A DNA stretch of 64,000 bases from Clostridia bacterium (GTDB taxonomy: Bacteria; Bacillota; Clostridia; UBA1212; DUPL01): assembly GCA_050951325.1 (NCBI GenBank), contig JBMNIW010000012.1:640001-704000 (forward strand). Direction: 5' to 3'. The position numbers were made by a program, and so were the translations under genes. The notes under the pieces are model-generated. The model saw only the letters and a list, made by a program, of their open reading frames with translations, was not told the origin of the DNA and ran no database searches. How positions within the stretch are numbered: the first letter of the stretch is position 1; the number at the start of each line of letters is the position of its first letter. This document shows positions 56,301-64,000 of the stretch, one piece after another.

Positions 56301-56580
56301 CGGGATCGAGACCGAGGTTGTCAAGAAACTGTATGAAGGAAGGCCGAATATAACGGACTTGATTGTAAATGGCAGAATTAATCTCATAATCAATACTCCG
56401 TCAGGCAAGCAGAGCATGCATGATGACTCATATATTAGAAAATCTGCCATAAGATACAATGTTCCATACATTACGACAATAGCAGCTGCCAATGCAGCGT
56501 ACAAGGGAATAGAAGACATATTGGACAATAAGGGAGGAAGCCTTAAGTCCCTTCAGGAATATCATGCAATTATTGATTAA
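53359..56580 (+). CDS. carB: Carbamoyl-phosphate synthase large subunit
   Basis: GSGPIIIGQACEFDYSG, EINPRTSRSSALASKATG, GPNRIGQGIEFDY, LGPEMRSTGE, MGS domain; upstream GTGACA-17-TATAAT promoter. Confidence 0.96.
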   Translation: MTKNDNNKIMIIGSGPIIIGQACEFDYSGTQACKALKMLGYEVVLVNSNPATIMTDPETADATYIEPLNVETLEKIIEKERPFALLPSLGGQSGLNLSQELAKKGILEKYGVKLLGVQLDAIERGEDRIAFKETMVKLNIDMPRSAPAYSVEEAEKIAGEMGYPVVVRPAYTMGGTGGGIVYNIEELRTVVYRGIAASMVGQVLIEECVLGWEELELEVIRDKDGRKVTVCYIENVDPMGVHTGDSFCVAPTITVSEELKKRLQDYAYRIVDAVGVIGGCNVQFAHDPVTDRVVIIEINPRTSRSSALASKATGFPIAYVSALLAAGITLPEIPYWKKGTLDKYIPEADYIVVKFARWAFEKFKDAEDKLGTQMHAVGEVMSIGKSYKEAFQKAIRSLETGRSGLGFAKNYNQLDKDELFKLLAHPTSERQYVMYEAFRKGATIEEIHELTKINRWFLEQMKELVEEEEELLKYKGKMPPVELLERAKINGFSDKYLAQILEIDERELWKYREEKGIIQRWEGVNVSGIETESYYYYSTYEKGMNMSVRNENSIMVLGGGPNRIGQGIEFDYCCVHAAKALRELGFKTIMVNCNPETVSTDYDTSDKLYFEPLTAEDIISIYNHEKPLGIIVQFGGQTPLNIADELQKRGARILGTPPAVIDAAEDRDLFNKMMNKLQIPMPESGMAINEKEAIEIAERIGYPVMVRPSFVLGGRGMEIIHDSDMLKTYMAQIEEVAPDRPILIDKFLDNALECEADAISDGENVFVPAVMEHIEQAGVHSGDSACVIPSKTISQKHLDTIYSYTAKIAIEMGVVGLMNIQYAIYNDEVYVLEANPRASRTVPLVSKVCAINMAQIATNLMVASLIDEERKIDLTKLKRKDIPYYGVKEAVLPFNMFPEVDPVLGPEMRSTGEVLGLADTFGSAFFKSQVGANGTLPVGGNVLISVNENDRQGILEVARGFKKLGFHIIATIGTSTFLSEHGIETEVVKKLYEGRPNITDLIVNGRINLIINTPSGKQSMHDDSYIRKSAIRYNVPYITTIAAANAAYKGIEDILDNKGGSLKSLQEYHAIID

Positions 56581-56588
56581 AGGAGCTG

Positions 56589-57566
56589 ATGTGTTTGAAG
56601 TCTTGCGAACTGGTGGCCAAAACCATAAAGGGAGAGAAAACAAAAAGAACGCCTATATATGGTTGGGTGTCAGGAAATCTCTGGCATGAGATAACAGAGG
56701 CTTATGGTTCTGTTAATGCCTTTGAAGACCATTATGAGTTTGATTGTGCGCACATATTTGGCGGTCCCGGCTGTTTTGACGAGGTAGAAATAGCGAAGGT
56801 GAGGGAAAATGGTGAGGAACTGACTCCCGATATCCTTCTTGACATACCCTTGAGGTCTCCCGACAACATGGAAGAATACAAGGGGATCATCGATGCTTTG
56901 AAATATTATAAAGACGACAGGGGTAGGTTCTGCTACATGCAGACTCCCGGCTTCTTCGAGAATTATAACGGGGTATTTGGAATTGAAAACCACCTTTGTT
57001 ATCTGATCTTGTACAAGGAAGAGATAAAGGAGCTGTACAGAAGGCAGAGTATTTGGAATGCAAAGTTTGCTGAAAACGTCCTGGATTTGGGTGTAGACAT
57101 GGTACATATATCTGACGACTGGGGTTCACAAAGAGACCTTATGTTCAGTCCGAAGCTTTGGTGGGAACTTATCTACCCCAATATGAAATATGTTGTAGAC
57201 AAAGTGCATGCAAAAGGTGGGTTTGCGTCTCTTCACTCAGATGGATGCATTATGCCGATTGTAGATGGACTTGTGGATATTGGCTTTGATGTCATACACC
57301 CTTGGCAGGAAACAGCGGGCATGTCCTATGATGTCTATCTTGACAAGTATCAGGACAAATTTGCAATTTTGGGCGGACTTTGTGTACAGTCCACCATTGG
57401 ATTTGGTGACTATGAAAGACTGGAAAGTGAAATAAGGCGTGTGTTCAATCTCCTGAAGGGCAAGAGATGGATATTCTGCACTACCCATTTTGTTCAGAAA
57501 CACTGTACAATTGAAGAACTGAGTTTTGCTTATGATTTAATTTACAAACTTTCGCATGAAATGTAG
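56589..57566 (+). CDS. Uroporphyrinogen decarboxylase/MtaA-superfamily protein
   Basis: SDDWGSQRDLMFSPKLW, LHSDG, HPWQ, GGLCVQ. Confidence 0.75.
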   Translation: MCLKSCELVAKTIKGEKTKRTPIYGWVSGNLWHEITEAYGSVNAFEDHYEFDCAHIFGGPGCFDEVEIAKVRENGEELTPDILLDIPLRSPDNMEEYKGIIDALKYYKDDRGRFCYMQTPGFFENYNGVFGIENHLCYLILYKEEIKELYRRQSIWNAKFAENVLDLGVDMVHISDDWGSQRDLMFSPKLWWELIYPNMKYVVDKVHAKGGFASLHSDGCIMPIVDGLVDIGFDVIHPWQETAGMSYDVYLDKYQDKFAILGGLCVQSTIGFGDYERLESEIRRVFNLLKGKRWIFCTTHFVQKHCTIEELSFAYDLIYKLSHEM

Positions 57567-57602
57567 TATAATATATTTACGACTATTGAGGAGGTTGTAA
57601 AT

Positions 57603-59486
57603 ATGGTCAGGGCAGTTAAAGGACTTTTCTGTTTTGTAGCCTTGTCTCTGCTGGCAGGTTGTACGGGCAATGGCTCTGTCAAGAATGGTGGAAAACAGTA
57701 TGAAATATTGACAGACCTTGATCCTGATGTGTATTACGCCAACGGATACACAAACAACACATTGGTCGGAATAGACCAGTTTGGAAGAACATTTGAGGCT
57801 GTAGCGGAGGCAAAGGAAGGCAAGCGCGATGTGGGCATCTTCTATTTCTGCACCTTGGGTCAACACGGTTTCAAGACCATCTATAATGTGGAGGAGATAC
57901 TGAAGATGGAAAATGGTGTCGACCTTCTGTTCCACCAGGATACGGAAGTAGCTCCCAATGGTGAAGCGTACTTTTGGGGAGAGCCACTGTACGGATACTA
58001 TAATTCCGCAGATGTCTGGGTCATACGCAAGCATCTGAAGCTCCTTGCATGTGCTGGAGTTGACTTCCTTGTATTTGATGTAACCAATGCAGTTACATAT
58101 GATGTGGTAACGAGTCAGATAATGAGGGAAATCTGCAACCTGGTGGATGAAGGCTTCGAAAACGTTCCGAAGGTCGCATTCTACACAAATGCCTATTCAT
58201 TAAATATCATTCGGAAACTATATGACTTGTATTACAAGCCGGGAAAATTCAAAGAATCCTGGTATTATCTTGACGGCAAGCCCATGATAGTAGGATTTAC
58301 CAAACCAGAAGATCATACCGACTTTGGACTTCTTGAGCCTTTGTCAGAGGAGATACTAAACTTCTTTACTTTCATGCGCCCCCAGTGGCCTGACAAACCA
58401 GTATATGAGGATTCGCTTCCTTGGATTGAATGGACTTATCCCGCACCGGTTCATGGAGACAGGGTGATAAATGTATGCGTTGCGTCCCATCCACAACTCC
58501 CCATGTCATTCTCCATAACAAGAGGAGCAAAAAACTGGGGCAGAGGATGGAATGTGGGAACCCAGGAAAATGAATCTGAAAATGCCACAAAGGGCACGTT
58601 TTTCCAAAGTACCTGGGATGTGGCTATAGAAGAGGATCCACCCATGGTCTTTGTGACTGGATGGAACGAGTGGGTTGCAGGAAAGTTTGAGTATGAAGGA
58701 GAATACGTTCTTGTGGACTGTGCGAATATGGAGTTCTCAAGAGATGCGGAAATGATGAAAGGTGGATACAATGACGCCTTCTACATACAGTTGGCTGCAA
58801 ATATCAGGAGATACAAGGGCATAAGTGTAAAGAATGCTGCTCCTTTTAAATCACAAAAGATGACAGTGAATCTGGATAATGACTTTTCAGAATGGGAAGA
58901 TGTTAAAGCGGTATTCAGGGAAGTTGGTTCCGTAAACGAGCCCAGAGATTTTCTCGGTGCTGTGCCTTCCATAAGATACAAAATGGATGCGGCAAGGAAC
59001 AACGTAACTGAAGTAAGGGTTGCGCAGGATGAGGAAAACATATATTTCTACATAAGTGCGACGGACTACATTACCGCCCACAAACCGGGTGACTCTAATT
59101 GGATGAACATATTCATTGGTACTGGAGATGTTTCCGGGAAGGGATGGGAGTGCTATGAGTATGTTGTTAACAGAAACATTCTGGAAGATAATTATGTTAA
59201 AAAGCAAGGAAGGTACTACGGTGTTGAAGGAACAACGGGCAAGAGTACGGTAGAAAAGTTGAAGAGTGATTTTTCAAGCGAGAAATGTGGAGAAGCAGAG
59301 TTTTCTGTTTATGAGAATGTTATGCAGGTAAAAATACCAAGAAAGAGTATAGGACTTGGAAAGAATGACAACAGCTTCTACTTTAAAATTGCAGACAATA
59401 TAGAAAAGCCCAATGATATTATGGACTATTACGTATCGGGCAAGAGCCTGCCAATGGGAAGGTTAAGTTTTAGATACATGGGATGA
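57603..59486 (+). CDS. Lipoprotein, probable TIM-barrel glycoside hydrolase (GH99/GH71-like)
   Basis: Lipobox LAGC; YFWGEPLYGYY, GVDFLVFDVTN, LDGKPM, VTGWNEW. Confidence 0.6.
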   Translation: MVRAVKGLFCFVALSLLAGCTGNGSVKNGGKQYEILTDLDPDVYYANGYTNNTLVGIDQFGRTFEAVAEAKEGKRDVGIFYFCTLGQHGFKTIYNVEEILKMENGVDLLFHQDTEVAPNGEAYFWGEPLYGYYNSADVWVIRKHLKLLACAGVDFLVFDVTNAVTYDVVTSQIMREICNLVDEGFENVPKVAFYTNAYSLNIIRKLYDLYYKPGKFKESWYYLDGKPMIVGFTKPEDHTDFGLLEPLSEEILNFFTFMRPQWPDKPVYEDSLPWIEWTYPAPVHGDRVINVCVASHPQLPMSFSITRGAKNWGRGWNVGTQENESENATKGTFFQSTWDVAIEEDPPMVFVTGWNEWVAGKFEYEGEYVLVDCANMEFSRDAEMMKGGYNDAFYIQLAANIRRYKGISVKNAAPFKSQKMTVNLDNDFSEWEDVKAVFREVGSVNEPRDFLGAVPSIRYKMDAARNNVTEVRVAQDEENIYFYISATDYITAHKPGDSNWMNIFIGTGDVSGKGWECYEYVVNRNILEDNYVKKQGRYYGVEGTTGKSTVEKLKSDFSSEKCGEAEFSVYENVMQVKIPRKSIGLGKNDNSFYFKIADNIEKPNDIMDYYVSGKSLPMGRLSFRYMG

Positions 59487-60305
59487 GACAAAGCGCTTGC
59501 GGTATTCCCTCGGGGAGATGCCGTAAGCGTTTTTAAATGCTCTGTTGAAAGACTTGATGGATGCAAAACCGCATTCATAAGCAATTTTACAAATGGCCTT
59601 TTCATTGGTTAAAAGGGAAAAAACGGCCTTGTCCAATCTTAGGTTTGTCAGGTATTCTATAAATGTAAGGCCTGACATACGTTTGAAAAATCTACAAAAA
59701 TGATAGGTTGAAAATCCTGAAACTTTTGAGATTTGTTCCAAAGTAATGGGGTGATGGTAATTGTCACAAATATAATGAATAACTTTTTGAAAAATAAAAA
59801 GATCGGATTCTTCCTTTTTTGATTTGGTTCCAATACTTTCCCATTCAAGATTCTCAATCATGTCAGCATACAAAATACTTAAATGTCCTTTAATTCTAAG
59901 CTCGTTGGAAGATGAGACAAACACTCTGTATAACTCTTGCAGGCTGTTGTATAAAGGAACATGGGCTTCAGTGTCTTTATCAATCTTGTAGCTTATACAT
60001 CTCATGCCTTTTTGATAATCAATATTTGAGAATATTTCAAAAGGATTGAATTGTAACAGCATATGCATACAATCATGGTTTCCCTTCAATGTGCCGTGAG
60101 GCTCGAATGCATTGATAATGATTATGTCGCCAGGATTCAGGTGATATTTCTGATTGTTAACAAGAACATGCATGTCTCCTTTTAATACGCAAATAACCTC
60201 CATCTCATCGTGGATATGCATGTCTACAAACACCGCTGTAAGCGGGGTAAGAAACAATTTAATGTTTTTGTCATAATGCACACGCTCATAAAGAAAACCA
60301 GCCAT
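59463..60305 (-). CDS. AraC-family regulator with cupin sensor domain
   Basis: MHIHDEME..PH cupin; HFCRFFK, IAYECGF, FNRAFK..GISPREYR. Confidence 0.92.
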   Translation of the reverse strand: MAGFLYERVHYDKNIKLFLTPLTAVFVDMHIHDEMEVICVLKGDMHVLVNNQKYHLNPGDIIIINAFEPHGTLKGNHDCMHMLLQFNPFEIFSNIDYQKGMRCISYKIDKDTEAHVPLYNSLQELYRVFVSSSNELRIKGHLSILYADMIENLEWESIGTKSKKEESDLFIFQKVIHYICDNYHHPITLEQISKVSGFSTYHFCRFFKRMSGLTFIEYLTNLRLDKAVFSLLTNEKAICKIAYECGFASIKSFNRAFKNAYGISPREYRKRFVSSHVSKT

Positions 60306-60459
60306 CTTTCAATTCACCACACCTATTATACCTGCAATTAATTGTACCGAGCAAGCTTTTTGAGCAAGATATGAGAAGTTTTCTGCAAAAAGGGAATTGT
60401 ACATAGTACAGGATGGTATATAATTTACTCAGAGCAGTTATTTGATCGGAGGTTTTAAA

Positions 60460-61434
60460 ATGAATAAACGCATTGTATTGTTTGTATTGATGATGGTAAT
60501 GCTGTTGTGTTCATGTCAGAATAACAAGGAAAAAGGGGACAAGACTCCTGATGCTACTTTAACTCCTGCTGTGACAGAGACGGAAACGCCATCACCTACA
60601 AATACTCCAAAACCCAGGGAGAATCTTGCGCTGGGCAAAAAAGTTGAAGCCGATGTACATGAACTTGATTACATTCCGGAAAATGCTGTGGATGGGGATT
60701 ATTCGACCAGATGGAGCGGTCTTGCACCAACTGACCTTCCCTATCATTATTTAATGATAGATCTGGGAGAAGTATATGCATTGGGAAAGGTTTGCATCGA
60801 TTGGGAGGCCATAGGGCACTCTTACCGTATAAGCTGTGCAAAGAAGCTTGATTCCGATGATGACTGGGAGGTCGTAACAACAAGACTCAAGCCCGATGAT
60901 ACGTACGAGGAGTTCAATCTTGGTGGAATTGAAGCCAGGTACATAAAGCTTGAGTTTGCTACTAACGCATTCTGCAGCATATATGAAATTGAAATATATG
61001 AGTATGACGAGGATGACGAAAACGGTGATAATAACAGCAGGCAAAACCTAGCTCTCGGCAAGACTGCAACTTCCGAGTTTGTAGAGAATGGAAGCGAAAA
61101 ATTTCAAGCCGGCATGGCTGTCGATGGTGACTTGCTTACAAGATGGAGCCCTGGAAGCGGTAATGAAAAAGATTTGTTCACATGGCATCTTGATCTGGGA
61201 GAGGTTTACGACATAAAGGAAATTGTAATATACTTTGAATCCTGCAATACTGAATATACCATATCGGTGTCAGAGGACAACCAAAACTGGACCCAGGTTT
61301 ATGAGGGAGAACCACTTGAACTGGAAGTGTCGATTAAATTAAACGAAAAGGCAAGATACGTTCTTTTCTCACGCCCGGGTGGAGACTGGGGCAGCATATA
61401 TGAGTTCATGGTATATGACAGATTGGAGGATTGA
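60460..61434 (+). CDS. Lipoprotein with two F5/8 type C (CBM32/discoidin) domains
   Basis: Lipobox LCSC; T/P linker; NLALGK..AVDGD..TRWS..DLGEVY..SIYE repeated twice. Confidence 0.85.
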   Translation: MNKRIVLFVLMMVMLLCSCQNNKEKGDKTPDATLTPAVTETETPSPTNTPKPRENLALGKKVEADVHELDYIPENAVDGDYSTRWSGLAPTDLPYHYLMIDLGEVYALGKVCIDWEAIGHSYRISCAKKLDSDDDWEVVTTRLKPDDTYEEFNLGGIEARYIKLEFATNAFCSIYEIEIYEYDEDDENGDNNSRQNLALGKTATSEFVENGSEKFQAGMAVDGDLLTRWSPGSGNEKDLFTWHLDLGEVYDIKEIVIYFESCNTEYTISVSEDNQNWTQVYEGEPLELEVSIKLNEKARYVLFSRPGGDWGSIYEFMVYDRLED

Positions 61435-61435
61435 C

Positions 61436-64000
61436 GTGAAAAGAAGGATAGTTTTGCTGGCAACATTGCTGGTACTTGTTTTGACCGGATGTATAAATAA
61501 AAAGGAAGCTGACAGGCCGCTGCTTATAACCCTGCATGAATTTGAGGCTGATTCAAATGGTGTGAAGCTTGAATTTCACTATGCAGCCAAAGACGATGGG
61601 CAAGTACTGTTCTATCTTGAATATGGAGGAGAAGAACATATTCAGGAAGGAAACGGGGAAGGTTTGTACTCCTTTAATATTAAAGAGGATAGTCTGAAGG
61701 GTAATACAAATTTCAAACTGGGTGTTAAAGACAAGAAAAAAGGCAAAATCATGGATGAAATGGAAATTCAGATAAAGGATTACCTTGTCCAACTTAATGA
61801 AAGAACTGTAAAGTGTGTTGTTGCCCAAATGACAGATGAGGAGAAAGCAAGGCTTGTTATTGGCTATCAGGCAATGCCAGGCGATGCGGACTTCGTTGAT
61901 GGGGTCTCGGGCTTTACATATCCTTTAGAGAAATACGGTATTCCATCTCTCGTGTTTTCCGACGGTCCTGCAGGTGTAAGAAATCCCAAAGGGTCCATTA
62001 GTTATCCATCCGGCACTAATCTCGCCCAAACTTGGGATATGAATCTTGTGAAGGAAATTGGCAAGGCTTTGGGCAATGATGCAAGAAATCTGAAAGTAGA
62101 TATACTGCTAGGGCCCGGAATGAATATTCACAGAAACCCCCTCAATGGCAGAAACTTTGAATACTTTTCAGAGGATCCTTTTCTAACCGGAAAGATTGCA
62201 GCGTCATACACCAATGGTGTCCAGTCCATGGGTGTTGGGGTGTCGCTAAAGCACTTTGCTGCGAACAATCAAGAAACCAGCAGAGGCACGTCAAGTTCCG
62301 AAGTAACAGAAAGAGCTCTGCGTGAAATATATTTAAGGGGCTTTGAAATAGCCGTAAAGGAAAGCTCTCCTTGGACCATAATGTCTTCCTACAACAAGAT
62401 AAACGGTAAGTATACCAGTGTGGACAAGGAGTTGTTAACAGGCATCCTTAGAGAGGAGTGGGGATTTAAAGGGCTTGTTATGTCCGACTGGGGTTCTCAA
62501 GGAGCGGCTGACGAAAAGGTTAAAGCCCAGAATGATTTGTACATGCCTGGAGAACCCAATTATGTTAATACGGTACTTAACGCACTGCGAAATGGAAAGC
62601 TTACGCAGGAGGAAATTGACAGGTGCTGTGTGAACATACTGTCCATTGCCGCAAAGAAGAGCAAGAAAACATACCAGTCAGACTATAAGACTAATGCCAT
62701 ATTATCAAGAAAGGCAGCAGCTGAGAGTGTTGTAATTCTGAAAAATGATTCAGTATTGCCTCTTGTAAAATGTGAAGTTGCCTTGTTTGGCAATGGTCAA
62801 AAATACACCGTTTACACAGGGGAAGGGTCAGGTTTTGTACATACTCCGTACAACGTAAACATACAGGAAGGACTAAATAACTCGGAATACTTTACTCTTA
62901 ACGTTGACATAATGGCGAAATATGTAACTTGCAGGCCTGCTCCAATGCCTAAAGGGGAGGAATTGTATGATGGGACAACAGTAGTGCTTGATGATGAGAC
63001 TATTAAGAAGGCAGCAAAGGATTCGGATGTGGCTGTTTTTGTAATATCCCGCACGACTACCGAGGGCGCTGACCATAGAAATCTAAAAGGAGATTTTTAT
63101 CTCAGTGAAAGAGAACAGGATATGCTTGAAAAGGTGTCGAAGGCTTTTCGAAACCAGGGAAAGAAAACTATTGTTCTTCTCAATACAGGAAACCCTATTG
63201 AGGTAGATTCCTGGATTGACCTGGCTGATGCAGTTTTGTACATGGGATATCTTGGTCTTGAAACGGGGAATGCCATTTGTGACGTATTGTCTGGAAAAGT
63301 AAATCCCTCAGGCAGACTGGTCTCAACATGGCCAAGTAAATATGAAGACGTGCCTTCTTCATACCATTTTCCAGGCAATGCAGCTACCTCCATATACTTT
63401 GAAGATATTTATGTGGGTTACAGGTTCTATGAAACCTTTGAAATAGAGCCTGCCTTTGAGTTTGGCTACGGCCTGTCCTACACCAGTTTTGAATATTCAA
63501 ACTTCAAAATGACGAAGAAAGGAAATAAAATTGAATTCAAGGTAACTGTCAGGAATACTGGTAAAAGGGCAGGCAGGGATGTAGTCCAGGTATATGTGAC
63601 AAAACCTGGTTCTATTCAGGAACAGCCAAAGTATGAACTTGTTGCCTTTGCCAAAACAGGCGATCTTAAGCCTGGTAAAAAGGAAACCCTTACATTGGTT
63701 GTAAAGGAAGAAGATCTAAAGACATATGTTTCAGATACTTCAAGATGGATGGTGGAGGGTGGCAAGTATGTGTTCTCCATAGGTTCTTCTGTAAAGAAAA
63801 TTCACAAAACATATGAAACAGAACTGGAAGAAAAGGTTATCCAGGATGTAGAAAACAGATGTGTTCCTGTAAATGAGTTTAATGTATTGAATCAAAAGGA
63901 TGGATTGCCTTCCTTTAGAAGAAGTGCCAATGTTGCTCTAAACAAGAAAGCAACCTGCAATGTGCATGAAGGAGATTTGCGTGCACAGAATGCGGTGGAT
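61436..64000 (+). CDS. GH3 beta-glucosidase lipoprotein, 3'-truncated, with a C-terminal F5/8 domain beginning (absent from the ORF track)
   Basis: GTG start after GGAGG; MKRRIVLLATLLVLVLTGC; SDGPAGVR, GPGMNIHRNPLNGRNFEYFSEDP, KHFAAN, VMSDW, FGYGLSYT; ends in NVALNKKA..NAVD without a stop. Confidence 0.92.
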   Translation, partial: MKRRIVLLATLLVLVLTGCINKKEADRPLLITLHEFEADSNGVKLEFHYAAKDDGQVLFYLEYGGEEHIQEGNGEGLYSFNIKEDSLKGNTNFKLGVKDKKKGKIMDEMEIQIKDYLVQLNERTVKCVVAQMTDEEKARLVIGYQAMPGDADFVDGVSGFTYPLEKYGIPSLVFSDGPAGVRNPKGSISYPSGTNLAQTWDMNLVKEIGKALGNDARNLKVDILLGPGMNIHRNPLNGRNFEYFSEDPFLTGKIAASYTNGVQSMGVGVSLKHFAANNQETSRGTSSSEVTERALREIYLRGFEIAVKESSPWTIMSSYNKINGKYTSVDKELLTGILREEWGFKGLVMSDWGSQGAADEKVKAQNDLYMPGEPNYVNTVLNALRNGKLTQEEIDRCCVNILSIAAKKSKKTYQSDYKTNAILSRKAAAESVVILKNDSVLPLVKCEVALFGNGQKYTVYTGEGSGFVHTPYNVNIQEGLNNSEYFTLNVDIMAKYVTCRPAPMPKGEELYDGTTVVLDDETIKKAAKDSDVAVFVISRTTTEGADHRNLKGDFYLSEREQDMLEKVSKAFRNQGKKTIVLLNTGNPIEVDSWIDLADAVLYMGYLGLETGNAICDVLSGKVNPSGRLVSTWPSKYEDVPSSYHFPGNAATSIYFEDIYVGYRFYETFEIEPAFEFGYGLSYTSFEYSNFKMTKKGNKIEFKVTVRNTGKRAGRDVVQVYVTKPGSIQEQPKYELVAFAKTGDLKPGKKETLTLVVKEEDLKTYVSDTSRWMVEGGKYVFSIGSSVKKIHKTYETELEEKVIQDVENRCVPVNEFNVLNQKDGLPSFRRSANVALNKKATCNVHEGDLRAQNAVD

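Noticed and set aside
1-64000. CRISPR arrays, tRNA/rRNA genes, prophage, introns/inteins, selenocysteine or frameshift recoding
   Set aside because: No repeat-spacer periodicity, no intergenic gap with such signatures, and the recognised genes appear uninterrupted and full length.

Overview
Dense, mostly housekeeping chromosome segment from a low-GC Firmicute, probably a clostridial spore-former (inferred from gene order and promoter motifs). Left to right: the 3' part of a large GltD-like/NuoG-like Fe-S flavoprotein (StnC/Nfn-Bfu-like), queT, a 2789-aa cyclic beta-1,2-glucan synthase, an M18 aminopeptidase, an IspD/TarI-like enzyme, a stand-alone RAYT-type HUH transposase, a CBS protein, a ferric-siderophore ABC operon, a two-component system plus FtsX-type ABC exporter, recA-recX-rimO-pgsA, fapR-plsX-acpP-rnc-thuA-radical SAM, an acyltransferase, comEA, mecA, radC-mreBCD-pbp2-minD-minE-mutL-miaA, lexA, an orphan membrane protein, oadB plus a small oadG-like ORF missed by the ORF track, gtrA, a Gfo/TIM-barrel sugar pair, an NPXTG-anchored LamG protein, carB, a UroD-family protein and an AraC-linked glycan-utilisation locus that runs off the right edge in a GH3 lipoprotein gene. 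I saw no rRNA, tRNA, CRISPR array or prophage. Best leads: the RAYT gene with a foldable 300-bp leader and no visible REP family; a sigmaF/G-like promoter in front of the glucan synthase; DtxR-type operators on the siderophore operon; a stem-enclosed C/A-rich repeat element where minC normally sits; and many canonical partner genes missing from conserved operons. All calls come from reading motifs by eye; no searches or folding programs were run.
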